32,000 nt of DNA from Candidatus Babelota bacterium (GCA_039809905.1 JBDHVY010000001.1:150001-182000), one strand, 5' to 3'. Counted from the first letter of the stretch, positions 18,016-25,993 are shown. Notes: a model not told the origin generated them from the letters alone. Numbers and translations are program-made.

Positions 18016-18957
18016 TTATTTACCTACAAATCTTAAACGATTGCTATTTAAATCTTTAGGACCAATAGCTTCCCTATTAAAAATTAACTTAGGCACACTG
18101 TGCTGCATATAGGGAAAATTATCCCTATTTTTAAAATCCTGAGATTGTTGGACAATCTGGCGCATGGCAGGCATTACCACCTGATCACGTACAGCCTCTC
18201 TGGAAATTAATAGTTCACAAGTTTCAGAAACCCTACAAGTATCTTTTGGCTTATGTTCACGAGCATTAAGAACATCTATATCCCCACCATGAAGCAATAA
18301 TCTTTCAGCCACTGGCCTCTTTAATAAGCGAGAATGCATTATATTACTTCCATCTGCTGTTCTTCTTGTTAGGTCCGTTTTTGCGCATAATATATCGAGA
18401 ACCTCCAATTTCTGCGGATCAGACTTTATATCATCATTAGCAGATAAATATGATAACGGCAATACTCCATCAACAGTGCAAATATTGGGGTCAACACCTG
18501 CTTCTAAAGCTCTTTTCATCCGCTTAAAATCTAAATCCATTGCAGCAGAAGATAATACCGTCATACCAGTAGTTACGTTTCTACTATTAACATCTGCGCC
18601 ATTTTCTATAAGAATTTTAAAATACTCACCACTTTTTCTTTTTTTGCATCCATCAGCTATAAAAAGAATCGTTTGGCCAGAAGCATCTTTTTCATTCAAA
18701 GAATCTTTATCATAGCTTTTACGCCACTCAGCTTCAGCCCTAAAACCAGCCATATCATTTGCATTAAAAAAAGAAAACAAACTTCTTCTCTGTTTATTTT
18801 CCTCGATTTTGATTTTTTTTAAAGGATTTTCTGTTACATTCGTTTCTTCAAGAGAACGCTTCATAGAGTTTATTTGGAAAGAAATCGAACCAATTACTAT
18901 TACCATAATCAATTTTTTGATCATCTCAGACCGCCTTGATATTTTTAAAACAGACAT
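18016..18957 (-). CDS. Ankyrin-repeat protein with N-terminal hydrophobic segment
   Basis: ANK-type repeats (GQTILFIA...LIENGADVNSRN, GMTVLSSAA...LEAGVDPN, LLHGGDIDVLN). The stop lies 13 nt before the hydrolase start, so the two are likely co-transcribed. An alternative start is ATG 18924. Confidence 0.85.
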   Translation of the reverse strand: MSVLKISRRSEMIKKLIMVIVIGSISFQINSMKRSLEETNVTENPLKKIKIEENKQRRSLFSFFNANDMAGFRAEAEWRKSYDKDSLNEKDASGQTILFIADGCKKRKSGEYFKILIENGADVNSRNVTTGMTVLSSAAMDLDFKRMKRALEAGVDPNICTVDGVLPLSYLSANDDIKSDPQKLEVLDILCAKTDLTRRTADGSNIMHSRLLKRPVAERLLLHGGDIDVLNAREHKPKDTCRVSETCELLISREAVRDQVVMPAMRQIVQQSQDFKNRDNFPYMQHSVPKLIFNREAIGPKDLNSNRLRFVGK

Positions 18958-19011
18958 ATAAATAGAATACGATACTTAATTTTAGCATGTTTTAAAAAAA
19001 CAAGCGATATT

Positions 19012-19517
19012 CTATATGGATTTTTCGTGAAGGTTTTGAAAAATGGTTATTAAATCATTTAATTCGAGCTGATTTTTCACCACAAAAACTTTCTTGTTAT
19101 GCGTATATCTTTGCAGCAACATCATAACTTCCACTTTTTGCTTTTTATTAAAAGTCCAGACATACTTCAAAAATTCCCAACTAGGAAAACGTTCTTCACA
19201 TCCTGGAGCACTGGAAAAAAATACTTTACCAAAATTAAGAAAGGCTCTTGTAAAAATACGATACAAACAAACATAAAGGGGTATATCAAGAAAAATAATA
19301 ATATCAGCACGTTGTAATCTGTATTCAAAGTGGCTAATCGCCATCCCTTTAGCCCCAGCTTCGTTACTCTTCGCCGGGGTCCCCGTGTGAAGAGAATCGG
19401 AACATGGGGTAAAAAATATTAGTCTATGTGAAAAAGAGGAATATGAAGAATATGATGAAGTTTGAATGCTAAGGTAGATTTGCCAGAACCAGGACTACCA
19501 ATGACTGCTATTTTCAT
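19012..19517 (-). pseudogene. Disrupted P-loop NTPase (adenylate-kinase-like / topology-modulation-protein-like family)
   Basis: The N-terminal fragment MKIAVIGSPGSGKSTLAFKLHHILHIPLFHID runs from 19517 to a TAA at 19419-19421. The C-terminal fragment (19344..19012, ...RLQRADIIIFLD...) is in a different frame. The expected middle of the protein is replaced by a GC-rich palindrome. Confidence 0.75.
19353..19409. repeat. GC-rich imperfect palindrome (MITE/REP-like element) inside the pseudogene
   Basis: CCCC...CTCTTC-GC-CGGGG-T-CCCCG-TGT-GAAGAG...GGGG, centred at 19380. It is much more GC-rich than the flanking sequence. Confidence 0.6.
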
Positions 19518-19528
19518 ATGAGATCTCC

Positions 19529-19567
19529 AAAAAAAAATCCCGCCAATTAGTCAAACTAAATGGCGGG
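19529..19567 (-). terminator. Terminator of the tRNA operon, using the tRNA-Asp 3' end as one stem arm
   Basis: TGGCGGG (19561-19567, the tRNA 3' end on the minus strand) pairs with CCCGCCA (19539-19545). The A-run at 19529-19537 gives a U-tract on the minus transcript. The loop is long at 15 nt. Confidence 0.45.
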
Positions 19568-19638
19568 GTGGACGGGACTTGAACCCGCGACCTTCCGCGT
19601 GACAGGCGGACGCTCTATCCAAGCTGAGCTACCACCCC
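19561..19638 (-). tRNA. tRNA-Asp (GTC), CCA encoded
   Basis: Hand-folded cloverleaf: GGGGTGG TA GCTC..GAGC G TCCGC CTGTCAC GCGGA AGGTC GCGGG TTCAAGT CCCGT CCACCCC G CCA. Confidence 0.92.
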
Positions 19639-19671
19639 ACAAGAAGAAAAACCAAACAAGCTTACCTTGAA

Positions 19672-19705
19672 TGGCGTACCAGCTGAAGCTTTATGCGTAA
19701 GCTGG
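19672..19705 (-). repeat. 34-nt tRNA-spacer hairpin repeat, copy A (3' of tRNA-Asn)
   Basis: The plus strand reads TGGCGTACCAGCTGAAGCTTTATGCGTAAGCTGG. The minus transcript forms CCAGCT/AGCTGG, where the first CCA is the tRNA-Asn CCA end, and it ends in CGCCA. Confidence 0.7.
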
Positions 19706-19777
19706 CTCCCCGGGCAGGGATCGAACCTGCGACCCAACGATTAACAGTCGTTTGCTCTACCTCTGAGCTACCGAGGA
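19703..19777 (-). tRNA. tRNA-Asn (GTT), CCA encoded
   Basis: Cloverleaf: TCCTCGG TA GCTC..GAGC A AACGA CTGTTAA TCGTT GGGTC GCAGG TTCGATC CCTGC CCGGGGA G CCA. Confidence 0.92.
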
Positions 19778-19816
19778 ACAAAAATTCAATTTAGATGATA
19801 AATAAGAAACCTTTTA

Positions 19817-19850
19817 TGGCGCGCCAGACGAAGCTTTATGCGTAGTCTGG
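19817..19850 (-). repeat. 34-nt tRNA-spacer hairpin repeat, copy B (3' of tRNA-Val)
   Basis: The plus strand reads TGGCGCGCCAGACGAAGCTTTATGCGTAGTCTGG. It is identical to copy A at 28 of 34 positions, and four of the differences are compensatory within the stem (CCAGAC/GTCTGG). Confidence 0.7.
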
Positions 19851-19922
19851 TGGGCGATGTAGGTTTCGAACCTACGACCCCCAGTTTGTAAGACTGATGC
19901 TCTACCACTGAGCTAATCGCCC
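19848..19922 (-). tRNA. tRNA-Val (TAC), CCA encoded
   Basis: Cloverleaf: GGGCGAT TA GCTC..GAGC A TCAGT CTTACAA ACTGG GGGTC GTAGG TTCGAAA CCTAC ATCGCCC A CCA. Confidence 0.9.
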
Positions 19923-19950
19923 CTTATAATCCCACCTAACTCACAGGGAA

Positions 19951-19979
19951 AGTGTAATGGATATATACTCAAAAGTCAA
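19951..19979 (-). promoter_or_regulatory. Candidate sigma70-type promoter of the tRNA Val-Asn-Asp operon
   Basis: The minus strand reads TTGACT (19979-19974) - 17 nt - TACACT (19956-19951), about 30 nt upstream of the tRNA-Val 5' end. Confidence 0.4.
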
Positions 19980-20045
19980 AAAAAATTATATGATACTTAA
20001 TCAATATCTAAAAATGGCTATAAATTTTACCTTTAAGGCCCTATT

Positions 20046-20732
20046 ATGACTCTATTTGAATCAATTAAAAGCATTATTGCAATCACTATATTTCTATGTC
20101 TTGCTCCTTTTTTAATTGAAAGCATTACAAAACAATATACTCCTCTTTTCGAGCCCAGAACCAATATTGCCATCGTTTCCATAACTCAACAATTGTGTAG
20201 CACATCTTGTATTGATCAACTCCATAGTTTTTTCAAAGATCCTCTTATTAAAGGCATACTTATAAAAATAGATTGTTCCAATGCTCCAGCAGGAACAAGC
20301 CAAGCTCTATTTCATGATCTTCGTCAATTAAAAAAACAATACCCCAAGCCTATTATTGCGTTAGTAGAAAATATTTGTGTTTCTGGAGCATATCTTATTG
20401 CAAGTGCATGCGATTATATTATTGCACCTGAATCGGCAATCATTGGAAATATTGGCACATCTTTTTGCGCATCGTCATTAGAGCATATAAAGTCTGATAA
20501 AAATGATACTTTTCAAGGCATAGAAACAGAATCATATCACCAGTTAATTAAACAAGTTGCTTTAGGAAGAAAATTATCGCTTACTACAACTGCCAATTGG
20601 GCTGAAGGGAAAATATTTACCGGAACTCAAGCCTTAGCTCTAGGATTAATTAATGAAATTGGATCTTTATGCACTGTTATAAAAGTGCTCAAAGAAAAAG
20701 CTCTTATTGAAAATGAAATTGAATGGATATAG
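20046..20732 (+). CDS. sppA: Signal peptide peptidase SppA-like (S49 family, short form)
   Basis: N-terminal TM segment. IKGILIKIDCSNAPAGTSQALFHDLRQLK...PIIALVENICVSGAYLIASACDYIIAPESAIIGNIG and GKIFTGTQALALGLINEIG are typical of S49/ClpP-fold SppA. Confidence 0.7.
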   Translation: MTLFESIKSIIAITIFLCLAPFLIESITKQYTPLFEPRTNIAIVSITQQLCSTSCIDQLHSFFKDPLIKGILIKIDCSNAPAGTSQALFHDLRQLKKQYPKPIIALVENICVSGAYLIASACDYIIAPESAIIGNIGTSFCASSLEHIKSDKNDTFQGIETESYHQLIKQVALGRKLSLTTTANWAEGKIFTGTQALALGLINEIGSLCTVIKVLKEKALIENEIEWI

Positions 20733-20746
20733 CCCTATAAAATTTT

Positions 20747-21598
20747 TCATTTCTCAACATCTTCTTTAGATATCAATGTACAATATCGCAAAGTTTTAAA
20801 ATCGAGCGCAGATTGAACAGTAATGTCATAAAACAATTCTCCTTTATCTGCAGCAACAATTTTACCCAACGCAAAACCTTTTGGAAACACAAGGCCTTCA
20901 CCACTGGAAAGCACCATATCATTTTCATTTACTTTTTCTAAGTGGCTCACATACCGCATGGTTGCATTATGTAGATCATTACAACCTTCATGAATACCAT
21001 ACGCACCTTTTTTTGCTAATCTTTTTCCTTTTGTCAGTACATTAGAGACATCAGATTGGCAGCACATTGATGCAACTTTACAATCAGCGTCGGTAATCAA
21101 ACAAACCTTGCAATACCATGGATATACTTCAGAAACTCTCCCAACAATGTTATTGCAATACAATGCCACCATATCCTTTTTGATTCCTTGTGAAACACCA
21201 GCATTAACCAAAAAAAACTGATTATTTGAAGAAAAATGTCGTGCCAATACTTGAGCAGTAATACCAGAGTTCAACACATATCTTTTATTAAAATTATGTA
21301 ATTCAATCGTTTCATCCGTATATGCAACCCCTGCCTTTAATGCAATATGCTCTGCATATAGCATTTCATATTGCTTTCGCATTTCTTCAATATTATGCTC
21401 AAGCTCATGTACTCTTGCAGATCGTTGTATCTTTGCTGCAATTGGATCGATAATCAATTGTTGAATACGCAGTAATGGGTATAAAAATGATGATGAAACC
21501 TTCTCTACCATCGAAATGCCAGGTACCACACAATGGCGAAAAACAAAAAAGGATATAATTATAAAAACTACAATAATAATTGTTGTATTTTTATTCAC
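20747..21598 (-). CDS. mreC: Rod shape-determining protein MreC
   Basis: N-terminal TM segment, a coiled-coil segment (ELEHNIEEMRKQYEMLYAEHIALK), then beta-rich domains ending in SSGEGLVFPKGFALGKI. Confidence 0.75.
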   Translation of the reverse strand: MNKNTTIIIVVFIIISFFVFRHCVVPGISMVEKVSSSFLYPLLRIQQLIIDPIAAKIQRSARVHELEHNIEEMRKQYEMLYAEHIALKAGVAYTDETIELHNFNKRYVLNSGITAQVLARHFSSNNQFFLVNAGVSQGIKKDMVALYCNNIVGRVSEVYPWYCKVCLITDADCKVASMCCQSDVSNVLTKGKRLAKKGAYGIHEGCNDLHNATMRYVSHLEKVNENDMVLSSGEGLVFPKGFALGKIVAADKGELFYDITVQSALDFKTLRYCTLISKEDVEK

Positions 21599-21692
21599 AA
21601 TACTAAACTCTTGCTTTTGAAATTAAATAATTTTATGGTAAGCATCATCAAATTAGTCATAAAAATCAATCTATAAAAAAGAAAGTTTTATA

Positions 21693-22421
21693 ATGAAGCA
21701 TATTACTTTTTTCGCATTATATATTGTAACACCATTAAGTATCTATTCTATGAAACCCACGCTTCAACTTACTATTTCTCCAGAAATAACTCAGCATTAT
21801 GAAGAATTTGACACTCTTTGCAAAAAATCATGCTCTATGCTTCAAAACTTTGAACAAAACAATATAAAAAGCGCAAAAAAATTGATAAAAGTAATCGAGC
21901 TTACTAAAGCTTTAAAACTTGCAAACATAACTGAAACACACCTTGGCTTATCTTCGCTTGCAAAACATCATAACCAACAACCATTGCTTCGTGAAATGAC
22001 AGAATCAATAAAAAACAAATTCGTTATCAATCAAAACCTTGTCACACCTTTTCATACAGCACTCTTTTTTAACCTTCTTTCTTCTTACAATCAAAGCCTT
22101 ATGGAATCTACGCTGGTATTACCTTCTATAGTTGATGTTAAAAATCATTGGGGTATTGAAAAGCGAAAAGCAATAGCAGCCAGAGGTCTTACATTTGGAA
22201 TTAACATTCCCATAAGTACACTCAATGCAAAAAAAATATTAATCAATCCATCTGCTGACGTAGAATCATTTGATCATTTTATGGCCAATATCAAAGCAAT
22301 GTTATTAGAAAAGCCAAAAATTATTAAAGCCTTAGCAGAATTCATCTATTGTAACGGATCACAGAATGTCTCAGTGCCTTCAGATTATACCCAGCTCGAA
22401 GATTCTACAGAAAATTCCTAA
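21693..22421 (+). CDS. Secreted hypothetical protein
   Basis: Signal-like MKHITFFALYIVTPLSIYS. No recognisable motif. Confidence 0.55.
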   Translation: MKHITFFALYIVTPLSIYSMKPTLQLTISPEITQHYEEFDTLCKKSCSMLQNFEQNNIKSAKKLIKVIELTKALKLANITETHLGLSSLAKHHNQQPLLREMTESIKNKFVINQNLVTPFHTALFFNLLSSYNQSLMESTLVLPSIVDVKNHWGIEKRKAIAARGLTFGINIPISTLNAKKILINPSADVESFDHFMANIKAMLLEKPKIIKALAEFIYCNGSQNVSVPSDYTQLEDSTENS

Positions 22422-22524
22422 CTAACCTTTTTATAAATTTTTTTGATACAATTTGCCGTATCATAAGACGCATGATACAATAAAATCTACTTATTTCTTT
22501 AGCTTTTCAAGAAAATGGATCATT

Positions 22525-23679
22525 ATGCATTATGATATTTCGGCTAATACTCGCTCTTTATACATTCATTGGCCGTTCTGCCCTTATCGATGTCATTACT
22601 GTCCGTTTGTGGCTTTAGCATCACATGATCCTTTTATGGAACGCTATCATAATGCACTAATAAAAGAAATCCGACTTTTCGGCAAAAATTATTCAGAAAA
22701 ATTGCCCATTGATACCGTTTATTTTGGCGGCGGAACACCAAGCACATACCCAGATCATCTACTACTTGACATGTTTGGTATACTAAGAGAGTATTTCACT
22801 TTTGATGCTCATACAGAAATAACGCTTGAAGTTAATCCAGGAACGGTACGCTTTGAGCAGCTCGCTTTATGGAAGCAGCTCGGCATCAATCGCATCAGTA
22901 TTGGCGTGCAGAGCCTTAATGATTCGGTATTACAAAAATTAAATCGTCTACAAAAGGCAACTGATGTTTATTCTTTGCTTGAAAAAGCCCCTGCATATTT
23001 TGATAACATCTCTGTGGATGTAATTTTGGGACTACCTGGCGTGGATAGAGCTGAATGGGAGGATTTATTAAAAAAAGTAGTTACATGGAATATCACGCAT
23101 TTATCAATGTATATTTTGGAAATTCATGATACTACTCCATTGTTTTTCAATGTAAAATCAAAAAAAGTTACCTTGCCATGCGATGATGAAGTTGTTGATG
23201 CATACTATTGGTCGCGTGAATTTCTTGCAACACACGGATTTAATCAATACGAAGTTTCTAGTTTTGCGCGAATGGGAAAAGAATCCCGACACAACACAAC
23301 GTACTGGGAACGCAACCCATATCGTGGATTTGGATTAGGAGCATGTTCGTTTGATGGAAAAACAAGATTGCAGAACGAGAAGAATTTAATGAAATACTTG
23401 GAAAGCATCGAAAAAGATATGTATGCACCAATATTTGCAGAAACTATCACTAAAGATCAGATATATGCTGAAAAAATTATGCTCGGATTGCGAAGAATAA
23501 AGGGGGTTTGTTGGGAAGACATTAATAATGATTTAAATAATGAACAAAAAGAAAAACTCGCCATAACAATCAAAACATTGCAAGAACAAAAACTGATTGT
23601 TGAAAATAATGGACGTCTACAATTAACTCCTGCCGGATTAGTTCTAGAAAATGAGATTATAACAAGGCTTTCTTTATAA
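22525..23679 (+). CDS. hemW: Radical-SAM HemW-like protein (oxygen-independent coproporphyrinogen-III oxidase family / heme chaperone)
   Basis: LYIHWPFCPYRCHYCPF (CxxxCxxC), YFGGGTPS and ISIGVQSL. The start was placed at ATG 22525 (MHYDIS...) rather than the upstream TTG 22453. Confidence 0.88.
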   Translation: MHYDISANTRSLYIHWPFCPYRCHYCPFVALASHDPFMERYHNALIKEIRLFGKNYSEKLPIDTVYFGGGTPSTYPDHLLLDMFGILREYFTFDAHTEITLEVNPGTVRFEQLALWKQLGINRISIGVQSLNDSVLQKLNRLQKATDVYSLLEKAPAYFDNISVDVILGLPGVDRAEWEDLLKKVVTWNITHLSMYILEIHDTTPLFFNVKSKKVTLPCDDEVVDAYYWSREFLATHGFNQYEVSSFARMGKESRHNTTYWERNPYRGFGLGACSFDGKTRLQNEKNLMKYLESIEKDMYAPIFAETITKDQIYAEKIMLGLRRIKGVCWEDINNDLNNEQKEKLAITIKTLQEQKLIVENNGRLQLTPAGLVLENEIITRLSL

Positions 23680-23798
23680 AAAATCGTTTTTTAATCTCAT
23701 TTCTTTCTGTTATCGGACCCCAATTGAAATGTAATATAAATTGGGAATAAAAATTTGTATGATAGTAATAATATGTATTTATGTAAGTTAGGGTATTC

Positions 23799-24260
23799 AT
23801 GGCAAAACATGTTGGTGTAAAATTACCAGAAGATTTATTGGCAGTATTGGCAAAGGGCCAAACCGTAGGGATCCTTGCAACATTTTCTGAAAAAGGATTG
23901 CCGAACACCACTCCCGTTCAGTGTATTGCCGCAAAAGGACTTGAAAGTCTTTTACTCACCATTCACAAAGATCATACTGGATACCACAACATGGTATGGC
24001 AGAAAAAAGTTATGATTTGTTTTTTAGACGAAGGTAATGTTGCTTATAGCGTTTTAGGACGTGCAGGTGTTGTACGAGCTCCTTCCGTTGTACATCCTTT
24101 TATGAACGTTGTTCGCATTGATATTATTGATATTAAATCTGACAGATCTCCTCTAACTAGAGTAGATAGCGGTGTAAAATGGAGTTATACTTCATCCGAT
24201 GCTGAAGAATTATCAAATGCTTTAATGGATGAACTTAAAGAACTCTCTGAAGATCTCTAA
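23799..24260 (+). CDS. Pyridoxamine-5'-phosphate-oxidase-like FMN-binding split-barrel protein
   Basis: About 150 aa. The pattern LPEDLLAVLAKGQTVGILATFSEKGLPNTTPV...LLLTIHKDHTGYHNM...VMICFLDE...AYSVLGRAGVV is typical of the PNPOx-like/general-stress-26 fold. Confidence 0.5.
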   Translation: MAKHVGVKLPEDLLAVLAKGQTVGILATFSEKGLPNTTPVQCIAAKGLESLLLTIHKDHTGYHNMVWQKKVMICFLDEGNVAYSVLGRAGVVRAPSVVHPFMNVVRIDIIDIKSDRSPLTRVDSGVKWSYTSSDAEELSNALMDELKELSEDL

Positions 24261-24280
24261 AATCAAAAAGGAGAATTGTA

Positions 24281-25648
24281 ATGATTATGCCTATAATGAT
24301 GATCATGATGATGTTTGTAATGGTATCTTTTTTCACGGTTACCCAAGAAGCTCCTGCATCAAATGAAGAATCCTCTCTGATGGAATCTTCTGCATCTGCT
24401 GCATCAGCAGATACAGAATCTACGCAAACAGCTGACGAAGAACCGCAAACAACATCTGATGAGCAAACACAAGAAACACCATCAGGTGAAGAAATTTCTA
24501 CCGAATCTTCTTCACCTGATACTTCCGACTCCGCGCAAGATTTACCGGAGACATCTTCTGAAGCAGCATCAGATGAGCTAGCAGATACAGCAACAGCTCA
24601 GCCTGCCACAACAGATAACACAGAAGAACCTCAACCACTCCTTGCAACAAAGCAAGATTCTTCTTCTACCAATCAAACTCCTAAGGATGCGACAACAGCA
24701 GCAGATATGTCACAATCATCTGTTATACCTGAAGCTCCAGTTCCAGCACCCGAAGAAAAATTAGTAATACCTGAAGAAGAAACTGAAAAAGAAGAACCCG
24801 TTGGGATTGATACAGTATCTCTTGAAAATCCTCAAGGCAATTGGTTATTCAAACGAATTTGGTGGGAGCGTGCTGAAGAAAGATATGAAAAAATCCGCAT
24901 TCTCGTCGATTCCATATGGGAATCTCGCAACACATTTTTTCATGAACGTAACCAATTAGATAGAACTATCTTAGATCCATTTTATATTAATATTGGAATT
25001 GATCGCGGAGAACTACAAACAATACTTTCTGAAATCAATGATTTTCTTGAAAAACAACGCGAGCAAGAAGGAACTTTAAGCGAACAAGAACGCGTTATTT
25101 ATGAAACATATGCAACAGAAGAAGAAACATTAAAACAACTTAAAGCTGATGTTGATGCTATTGTTAGTCTTGATCATGCTATTGATGATGCACTTGGCAC
25201 ATTCATGAATCAAATTAATCGCGTCAGACAGTTTGAATCACAGGCATGGAATAATTTCAAAGAAATAGCTCATATACTCAATGATACACGTGCACGAGAA
25301 TTATATTATATGATAGAAGGTGCTGCACGTAATATAAAAACAATCAGCAACTATCTTGAGCAAGAATTTCTTGATCATTTTCATAAACTTATTGCTAATG
25401 CAAAAACACGCGTAAATCGTGTACAAACACAAATGAATGCACTTAAAGAAAAAGGTGTATTATTCCAACGCCAAGCAGAACTTCTTGAACAGCAAGCTGC
25501 TCAAGAAGAAGAAATAGAAGAGGAAGAAGATGTTAAACCAAAACCAAAATTAAGCTGGTTTGGTTGGATTTCTTCAGGAATTTCTAATGCTTTCAGTTAT
25601 GTATGGGCAATTATTCGATTACCATATGATATGATCTTTAAAAAGTAA
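24281..25648 (+). CDS. Membrane-anchored acidic low-complexity / coiled-coil protein, hypothetical
   Basis: AGGAG 7 nt upstream. Met-rich hydrophobic N-terminus, an S/T/E/D/Q-rich region of about 150 aa, a long helical region, and a C-terminal hydrophobic segment LSWFGWISSGISNAFSYVWAII. Confidence 0.7.
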   Translation: MIMPIMMIMMMFVMVSFFTVTQEAPASNEESSLMESSASAASADTESTQTADEEPQTTSDEQTQETPSGEEISTESSSPDTSDSAQDLPETSSEAASDELADTATAQPATTDNTEEPQPLLATKQDSSSTNQTPKDATTAADMSQSSVIPEAPVPAPEEKLVIPEEETEKEEPVGIDTVSLENPQGNWLFKRIWWERAEERYEKIRILVDSIWESRNTFFHERNQLDRTILDPFYINIGIDRGELQTILSEINDFLEKQREQEGTLSEQERVIYETYATEEETLKQLKADVDAIVSLDHAIDDALGTFMNQINRVRQFESQAWNNFKEIAHILNDTRARELYYMIEGAARNIKTISNYLEQEFLDHFHKLIANAKTRVNRVQTQMNALKEKGVLFQRQAELLEQQAAQEEEIEEEEDVKPKPKLSWFGWISSGISNAFSYVWAIIRLPYDMIFKK

Positions 25649-25676
25649 AAACTCAAACTTATTAGTTTCAAGAAAA

Positions 25677-25710
25677 CCCACGTTGAATTTTAATTCACGT
25701 GGGTATTTTT
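25677..25710 (+). terminator. Rho-independent terminator
   Basis: CCCACGTTGAATT / AATTCACGTGGG stem with one bulge (25677-25703), followed by TATTTTTG. Confidence 0.65.
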
Positions 25711-25711
25711 G

Positions 25712-25739
25712 TTGATAATACCTAATTTATCGCTATACT
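25712..25739 (+). promoter_or_regulatory. Candidate sigma70-type promoter for tRNA-Leu
   Basis: TTGATA (25712-25717) - 16 nt - TATACT (25734-25739), 20 nt upstream of the tRNA 5' end. Confidence 0.4.
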
Positions 25740-25758
25740 AAAAACACATTGATAATGT

Positions 25759-25845
25759 GCCGGGGTGGTGAAATTGGCAGACACGCAGCCTTGAGGTGGC
25801 TGTGGGAGAAATCCCATAGGGGTTCGAGTCCCCTCTCTGGCACCA
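25759..25845 (+). tRNA. tRNA-Leu (GAG), long variable arm, CCA encoded
   Basis: GCCGGGG TG GTG AAATTGGCAGA CAC G CAGCC TTGAGGT GGCTG TGGGAGAAATCCCAT AGGGG TTCGAGT CCCCT CTCTGGC A CCA. Confidence 0.9.
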
Positions 25846-25993
25846 AACTTTTAGCCCAATCTACGCTGCGCTACGATCGGGCGCTCGTATAAAGATTAAT
25901 ATAGTATACCCGTTTATCCTTTGGATGCGGGTTTGTTAGTAAAAAAGTACAAAAAAAAGAGAGTTTCCCCAAATTTTTTAAGGAGTTTTTTCG

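Noticed and set aside
19346-19424. Translational bypass (hop) or programmed frameshift across the GC-rich palindrome, which would rescue the P-loop kinase
   Set aside because: I found no matched take-off and landing codons. The conserved WIIDGNY-type segment of the family is physically missing, so even a bypass would not restore a normal protein. Pseudogenisation is the simpler reading.
19672-19850. Possibility that the two 34-nt repeats are a tiny CRISPR array
   Set aside because: There are only two copies, each fused to the CCA end of a tRNA, and the 'spacer' between them is a tRNA gene. There are no cas genes in the window.
23657-23911. Minus-strand ORF 23657..23911 overlapping the hemW end and the PNPOx-like start
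   Set aside because: It is antisense to two supported genes and to the spacer hairpin, and its product is low-complexity.
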